Positions 12,201 to 21,200 of a stretch of 64,000 bases of DNA are shown piece after piece. Under the pieces are notes generated by a model. It made no database searches. It saw only the letters and a program-made list of their open reading frames with translations, and was not told where the DNA came from. Position 1 is the stretch's first letter. The number at the start of each line of letters is the position of its first letter. The stretch is from an uncultured Christensenella sp. Its GTDB lineage: Bacteria; Bacillota; Clostridia; Christensenellales; UBA1242. The position numbers and the translations under genes were made by a program. The stretch covers positions 41,496 through 105,495 of the forward strand of contig CAJTYR010000004.1 of the NCBI GenBank assembly GCA_910584295.1, in the 5' to 3' direction.

Positions 12201-15200
12201 TGAAGATAAGAAAGAAAACTATCGTCTTAAAATGAATGGTGTTGTTGTTTTTGAAAATGGAGCGGTGACAACTGCTGGACAAACAACAAAGGTTGGAGAA
12301 TTTGAAATTGAGAAAAGTGGAACTTTGACACTTTCTTATGAAGTGACAGACTCAAACCCAGAGACGATTGAGGTTTCATACAGTGCGGACGGTTACAGAG
12401 TTGAACTTGATGGCTGGACTCTTAAAATATTCAATGGAGAAAATCTTTTGAAATCATTGAGGCTTCGCCTCTTTGATGAAACCGCAAAAGAGGAAATTAC
12501 ACGCAGTCAAATTTTGCAAATCTTGTCAGAAAATTTCAGGTCAGTTAATATTCAATTCTTCGACACGACGGCAAAAGATTTGGCTCGCTCAAGTGGAACT
12601 TATTCTTACGCTTTCTCTGGACTGGATGAAGTTTCAAATTATTTCTCAACTGTTGAGTTTGCAAAGGGTTATCAATTTGTTATTGGAAAGATCATAATTG
12701 ACATTTCAACTCTTGGCTTAAACAAAATTTATAATGGTAAGACAATTGAGTATTTCACTCAAACTGGTGCAAAAATCGAAGACATAGATGCTTTTGATGG
12801 GGTTTATGTTTCAGCAACCTATGAAAATGCTCATGTTGGCACAACAAGAGTTGATTTGAGTTTGCATGACACAAATGACAGTGGTGAGGTCTCAAATTAT
12901 CAACTTTCAGAGGGAAGCATGCAAGCAACAATCAGCAAGCTTTCTGCAACTCTCACAGCGGTTATGGACAAAGAAACTTTTGAGTATGGTGAGATTTCTT
13001 TGGCTAATCTTGAAAGCCATGTTGATAAAAATTACAAAATTGTTGATGGTTTAGGAAATGATGTTTCCGCACTTCTTGCAAGTGGGTATTACAACATTTC
13101 ATACTTCTTGCTTTCAACAGTAAAAACAAATGCAAGCGGATTTGTGTATGCGGGGACATATGATCTTCAAGCCACAGCATCCTTTGATGATTTCAATATG
13201 ACATTGAAACTTCCAAAGATTAAGATCGGACAGAAGAAAATAGAAAAAGGAATTTCTGTTGGACAAATAAGCATTTTGGCAAGCGAATCAATTGCTGATA
13301 CATACAAAGAAGAATACACAATCACGGAAACTGGTGACACTTTCTCAATCATATACAATGTGGTTGGCGGAATTGTTGAAAGCAACACAAGTGGAGATTT
13401 CTATAATTTGGCATTGGCTTTCAATGAATATGTAAATTCAAGTGTTCTCATTTCAATCCAAACAGACAACAAAGGCTTTGTTGTCAAACCTGAGGAAAAT
13501 CTTGTTTATATTGTTCTTGACAAAACTAAATTAGACAAAGCTATTTACAATGGCTTCGCATACAACTTCAGTGTGGATGTGGGAAATAAACAACTTTTGA
13601 TTTCAAACAATGGCATATTTACAAATGTTGACTTCTCATTTGTTTATGCAAATGGGGGTGCATCTGCAGACGATGTTGTGCTTTCAGAACTAGAAATCTT
13701 CTCTGGCGCAAACGCAAAGAGTTTTGCTGATGCTGGGTCATATAGATTGTCATTTAGGGCGACATCTTCAACGCATGCAAACTTTGCATTTCAAGAAGAA
13801 TATATGTTCCAAATTGCAAAGAGAGAAGTTGATGCAAGAACGCTCAATCTTGAAAGAACTTATAGTGGCTCTGCAACATTTACAATAGATGATTTTGATG
13901 GTAAAGTTGGAGAAGATGGGGTGTCATTGATTGCAAAATTTGCAAGTGCAAATGCCGGCGATGAAATAGACGTAAGCCTCTTCTTACAAGGCACAAAAAG
14001 TGTAAACTACGAACTTAAGAACGCTGATGGTCTTAAAGGAAAGATTAAGAAAGCGGAAGCCTATGTTGAACTTGTGAAAACAGAATTTATCTATGGCAAT
14101 TTGACTTCAAGAGATTCTGCTCCTTTCAGAGTGATTTCAGGTGGATTTGCTGTTTCCGCATCACAATATCAAGTGACATTGACACTTGAAAACTCAACTT
14201 ATTCTGCAGTGGGATATTTAGAGTGCAACACTTATCTGGTTTCAATGAGTACAATGTTTTCTACAAACTACAACATAACTTTTGCTGATAATCAAAGAAT
14301 CACTGTTTCTCCATTCTCATTTTCAGTTTCCCTTGCTACAAGTGGACAATTCTCATATGTCTATGGAGCGCCAGAGACAACAACTGATATTTTTGTTGGG
14401 AACTATCAAACTCCGCTCAATGAAACAATTGGATTGAGTTTCACAAGAGAAATGGGGCAAGAAGTTGGGTATTACAAAGTGCTTTCAGCAATGTCAACTT
14501 CAAAAAATTACATCGTCACAGAAACAACTGATCGAAGTGATGGTGCATTTAGAATTTTGAAAAAACAAGATGTGGTTTATATTTTGATGAGTAGTTCTGA
14601 TGTTGTTTTGGGCAGCGAAAAAGAAATTTCAACAATCACTTATGATGGAAATCTCTACGACAAAGTTTCTGTTGTTCAAAAGTCTGGTAGCAAGGATTAT
14701 CAACTTGTCTATGAGAGTTCTGAAACATCAACAGCAAAACAATTCTATGATCTTAATTTCTATTCTTACAACAGCGAGACAGATGAATATACTCGCTTGA
14801 CTGATGTGACAATTGATGGACTTAATGCAAAGATTGAGTTTGCAAACTCTGAAGGTGGAAGAAGTGTTGGAGAATATTTGCTCAATGTTCAAAATGCTAC
14901 TGCGGACAATTTCTCTGTTGTTCTTGGAAAATATGGACTTCAAAGTTTCTATCTCAACATCGAAAAAAGAGATGTCTATTTCTTGGATAGAAAAGTGTCA
15001 AAAGTATTTGACAATCAAGATGCCGAGATTGTTTATGAAGATCCAACACAGCTTTTGGATGGAATTTTGGCTTCTGATGTTGACAAACTTAAACTTATAA
15101 TAAGAATTAAGTCTGGGGACGCTCTTGCAAAATATGTTGGTTATTCTTACTCTGTGGAAGCGGAACTTGAAGGTGGAACTAACTATCGTCTTAACCTTGA

Positions 15201-18200
15201 GTCTCTTCAACATGAAAGTCTTATTGGACAAATTTTGCCTGCCGAGCTTATCATTTCTGTAAACAATCAAACTTTTGTTTATGGAGAAGAAATTGTAATA
15301 GATTTTGAGTATTCAACTGAAGTTGATCTTAATAAATATGACAGAGGCATGGGAATCAGTCTTCTTCCAATCGCCGAGGATGACAGATATTCAACAAGTG
15401 GTTCTTTGAGGGTTGGAGAATATGAAATGGGTTGCATTTTGGGCACTCCGGACTTCAAAGCAACTTACATTGTCAATGGCACTGCTGCAGACAATCTTTC
15501 AACAGCAACAGTGACAATTCTCAAAAAAGGTCTTTCACTTGAAGGTGTCAAACAAGAATTGGAAGAAATTTTCACAAAGACTTATGATGGAAGCACAGAA
15601 GTTTCTCTTACAGATGAAAGTGGTGCGGACAAACTTAGGCTTGTGGGGATTGTTTCAAAAGAAAGACCTGTTGAAGGTGCTGAAGATGAAACAACACAAG
15701 TTATGACAGATGATGTCAGACTTGAAAATGCAACTTATGAAAGAGAATCAATTGGCAAATCAATAACCATTAATTTTACCCTTGGTGGAACAGAAAGTGA
15801 TTTTGAAAACTATTCTCTTGCATCTTGGGGCTATGGAGTAATTGAGCCTGTTGTTGTTGGAATTGTTTTCAATTATAATGCAAATGGCAGTGATGTTAAG
15901 TCGAATGTTGAAACAAACAAACTTCCACAACTTTCAGCAATTGCCTTTCCATTTATGGATTCCTCAACGCTTACTGCAAATTCTGCGGACGCACAAACTA
16001 CTTCTGTAAGAAATTTTCCAACAAATTTGACTGGAAGATCTGGTTACAGGTTCCAGAAATGGACAATGTCATTCAAAGGTGAGCAGTTTGCTGAAGGAAC
16101 AGATGAGTATTCATATTTAAGATCGGTACTTGGTGTTTCTGGGCTTACATATGTTTATGACGCTGATGCAAAAGAGTTTATTATTGATGTTTCAAACAAT
16201 GCCGAAACAGTGAACTTCTTGGGACTTTTGCTTGGCAACGAAGCAGATATTTTGGGAACATATTACAAAAACCATGCAGGACAAAGTTTCACTTTTGACG
16301 CTGCTTGGGAGATTTTGAACTATCAAATAAGTGTTAAGATTGCAGATGAGAAAGGTGGAGATGCAAGTTTTGGAAAAGTTGTGCTTGATGCTGGTGATGG
16401 AAATCCAATTGAAATCACTTCTTCATATACAGGCAAATTTGACTATGGCACAAAAATCACTTTGCTTGCAACACCGGAAGAACATTGCTCATATGTTGGT
16501 TTCTACAATGCGACTGGAAGTATTTATTATGATAGTGGAACTGTGAATGGTGTCATTGTTACAGCAAGTGGCAATGGTGCACTTCTTACAGTGGAAAAAC
16601 TTGGCGGAACATTTAATTTTGTTGCAAGATTTGAGGCTGACAAGGTAGATGTTGAAGTTGACCTTTCACAAGCAACTGATGCGACAATTTCTTCAGAAAA
16701 GTTTACATTGAAAGAAGGTGGCATTTATTCTTGGAAAGCAACCTATCTTGAACTTGAAAATTTTGCTCTTTCAGATATTGGAATAAGCAGAGAGGGATTC
16801 TCACTTATATCAATAAGTGATGGAGAAGAAACCATAACAGATTTTGAAAACACAAAACTTTCAAGCTTGATTTCAGAAGGACAGACAACACTTATACTTA
16901 CTCCAAACTTTGATGCAGTTGGTGTGGTTGTAACTCTTGATTTTGCAGATGGAAAAACGGAAAACAAGAGAATCATCGTTCCATTTAAATCAAAATATTC
17001 TGAAAGTTCTGATTGGATTGAGACTCCAACAAGAGAGGGGTATGAGTTTGTCGGTTGGTATGATGGTGAAGAGAACGAGATAACTGGACAGAGCGTGCTT
17101 TCAACTATTGAAAATCACACTCTTACTGCAAGATGGAAAATTTTGAGTTTCGATCTTTCAATCACAGCAGAAAATGTGACGATTTCATCTGACAGTGTTG
17201 ATTTTGTTGTCAGTGGAAATTCTTATTCACTTGCTGATGTTGAATTTAACACAGAAGTTGTTTTCACAGTTTCAGCAAAACTTGGATACGAACTTACAGA
17301 AGAAGTTGTTGAAAAATGGAGCAAGTTCTTTGATGTGACAATTTCTGCAGGCGTTGCAAATGTTTCATTGAAGATGCCTGCGCAAGATGTTGTTTGCACA
17401 ATTGCATCAGTTGCATTAACAAACACAATCACAATCACAGGCACAAACATTGGACAAATTTTGGCTTATGATGTGACAGAAAGTGAAAATCCACTTGAAG
17501 TTGTGGCTGGCAAGGTGAATATTGAAACAGGAAGAACCCTCAAGTTGATTGTTTCAGCTGAGTATGGTTATCAAATGATTGAAGAATATGTTTGTATGGA
17601 TCCAGACGCAATCATTTCTCACAGCATTTCAAATGATGTTTTGACTTTGACTATTTCAAACATCTTGAGAGATATTTCAATTGAACTTTCAACTCTTGAA
17701 GTCATCAATGATGTCACAATAAGATTTAATGACAACGACATGATTTCAGCGTTTGTTGTTGGAGGAGTTAATTATAAAAATTCTCTTGAAACAATGCTTC
17801 CATTCAGGGTTGTTGAAGGCGAGAACCTTGAAATGTATGTGAAATACGAACATGGTTTTGAATATGACACAAGCGAGACTGAAGCAGGCTATTCAATCCT
17901 CTGCGAAAAGGCGACGGAAGGAGTCTATGGCGAAGAGGGTTATTATAAGATTATTGTTTCAAACATCGAATGTGACGGGCTTATCAACATTTTGGGCAAA
18001 CTTGCTCACTTTACAATTGAAACAAGAGTGCTTTCTTACAATGAACTTAAGCAACCAGTTGATGAACCTTCAAATAAGATTTTTATTGGGGGAGCGGAAG
18101 CTGGACAAACAAGCATTTCAGTTGAGTATGGCTCACAAATTAGCCTTTCATATCAAATGCATTCAACCTTCAATTTTGCGGGCTGGAGCAAAGATGGTGT

Positions 18201-21200
18201 CAATGTTTTCAGCACTGATGAAAATCTTGTTTATACAGTTGAAGACAATGAGACAATCTATGCAATCTTCTCTTCAATGAGGTTTACGATAAGATTTGGA
18301 ACTTATAATAATTACATTCTCTATTCTGAGTATTCAGATCCAAACAGAGAAAGAGAAATTTATCAAGAAATTGTTGGCAAAGGTGAAAAATATATTGATG
18401 CCGACAGCAGAGAAGAACTCGACTCCCTTGTGCTTTACTATGGTGCAAGCAAGACAATATCTTATGTCGTGCCTACTGGTTATCGCTTCTATGGTTTTGG
18501 ATATTACAAAAATTCAGAATTTGTGATGCTTAATGTTGATGAAACTGATGCAAAAGAAGCGACTTTCACAATTTCAAGCCTTGAACTTGACGAAGATGTT
18601 GTAAACTTCACGCTCTATGTCATTGTCAAAGCATACAGCTTCAACATAAACATCAACACCGCAATTGATATTGATGGTATTCGAGAAGAAAACATTGATG
18701 TTGGCGGAGCGAAACTTGTTGGACATCGTGGCGAAGATGTCAATGCTTTTGGCTATGTTGAGGGAACAAGGACAAGATACAGCAACGATGACTTTGTGAA
18801 TGGAAATCTTGCAGATGACAGACATTTCAAAGTTGTTGGCTTTACAGGTGAAAATGTCTATATAAAAGTTAACACAAGAAAACCTGGCTATAAATTCTTG
18901 AATGTTGCATCAAATTCATCAGAAATCACAATCTCCGAAATTGAAAAAACTGACACCTATGCAATTTACCTGATTTCAGGTGCAATTGGTGGAAAAGAAT
19001 TTGATGTTGATGTTTTGTTTAAGCCAAACTTAAACGACATCAAGATTGGTTTCAAACTTGGAGAAAATGCTGTTGATGGCGGTGCAATCACATATATGAC
19101 TGACGAGAAAAACAGTCATAAAGTCTTTGCATCAGGACGAGACTATTCATCAATCACAGTCTCAGCTTACACTGACAGCAGATTTGAGGTCTTTGCTTAT
19201 GTGAGAACTGGTTTTGAAATTGACCCACAAAATATTCAAATTGTTTGTCAAAACGACATCATTGACAGGAATTCAATTGAATACACACCACTTTCAATCA
19301 CAAAAGATGGATTTACTGGTAGAGTTAAATTTGTTGTAAGAGATTTCCTTTTTGAAAACGAAATCGTTCTCAAGTTGGAAACAACAAAATACACAGTCAA
19401 GTTTGTTGAAGAAGGAAAGACTTTGGCAATTGTCAAAGACGTTGAGTTTGGATCAAAACTTAATCTCAATCAAACAAATGAGGAAAACATTCAGATCATT
19501 GGTTCTGACACAGGATTGAAGTTTGTTGACGGAAAACTTGAATTTTTGATGGAAAAAGAAAACTATCGTTTTGAAGGTTTGTTTACAAGTGAAAATGGTG
19601 CTGGAACAATGTATATTGATGCAAACGGAAAAGTGCTTTCTGATTGGTTTGAAAGCGGATATAAGCTCAACAGTTTGACATCAAGATATGAGCTTACTGA
19701 AAATGCATATTTCAACACTCAAACAGGGCAGATGGAGATTTCTCTTTATGTTTATTGGTCATATTATAAGACAAGGATAAAGTTTAATCTTGTTCCAGAT
19801 GTCAATTTAAATGTGACCGCACAAGACATGGTTTCTGGAGTGGACTACACAAATTCTTGGTTCTATCCAACTTCAAAATATTATATTGAAGTGGCGTTTA
19901 ACACAAACATATATATCAAAGCTCCAAAAATAAATGGATATAAATTCTATAAATTTATCATCAAGCAAAGAGACATCAATGGCAATGCTCTTGAAGATGT
20001 TGTGACATTCTCTGAAGAGGTGCCATGGTCAACAAACGAACTTGACAACATTGTAGAATGTGAAGTTCAAATCATATACTTTGCACAGATTGACGTTGTT
20101 GTGTTTGGTGGTGAAGGAACCTTCAGAGTTGAACAAGAGTCAGCTGACTCACAAGCAATGATGCTTAACTCCGAAAATTATGTTGACACAACAAAGATAT
20201 TTAAACTTGTGGCTGTGTATGATGAAAACAACTTTGATTTTGTCAGATGGAACAACATCACATCAGGGCAAAGTTGGTGGTCAAAAGAGTGGGATGGACT
20301 TCAAGTTAGGGCAAGGACAACGCTTATTCTCAACTTGCAAGGAAGAACCTTCACCATGAGTTTTGAAAATCCTAACGGACAACTTTACGACTTCACTTTT
20401 GGACAAGTTTTGAATGTCATCACAACTTCCTCAGACAATAATGTGAAAGCATATAGATTGGGTTATTACAGCGCAGGTAAGTTTATTCCAACGACAAACA
20501 CGGTCGATGTCAGCGTCGGAGACAGGGTGACACTTGCAGTTTCAATTGACTATGGATTTGTTGCAATTTGGAATAATGATGCAATCACATTCTCAAATTA
20601 TACAGATGGAATTTACTATTTTGATATGAATATCACAGACTGCCCACCAGATGCAGTTTTGAGAATATTGCCAGAATTTAAAAACGAAATTCTTTCAGTT
20701 TATCTTGATCGAGACTTCGTTGAAAAAGACAAAGTCAAAGATGCAATAGATTTCAATTCGGTTAGTATGGCAGGCAGTGCAACTTTTGGCGGAAGAAAAG
20801 TAAATTCATTTACAGTTAATTCTGCAGTAGAAAGCATAAATGTGAAACTTACTACAAATGCAAGATACAAGATAAGTTCAATTGTAGTGAAAAACTATGA
20901 TAAGGTTTTTGCAAATGTTGAAGCGTTTACGACTGACAAAGGCGATATTCTTCTTTCAAGGAAATTCTTGGATGACAACAACATTGTTGGAACAATCCAA
21001 ATTGTAATCAGATATGAAAGAATCCTTTGGGAAGATCATCTTGTCACTCAAACTTCATTCAAAGGAAAGGGGACAGACGAAGATCCTTACCAGATTTCGT
21101 CTGTTGAAGATCTTGTCCTTATGATGAGGCTTTGCAACAGCGGTGCATTTGCATCAGGTGGCAAGCAATATAGAAGTGCAAGTTATATTTTGATGAAAGA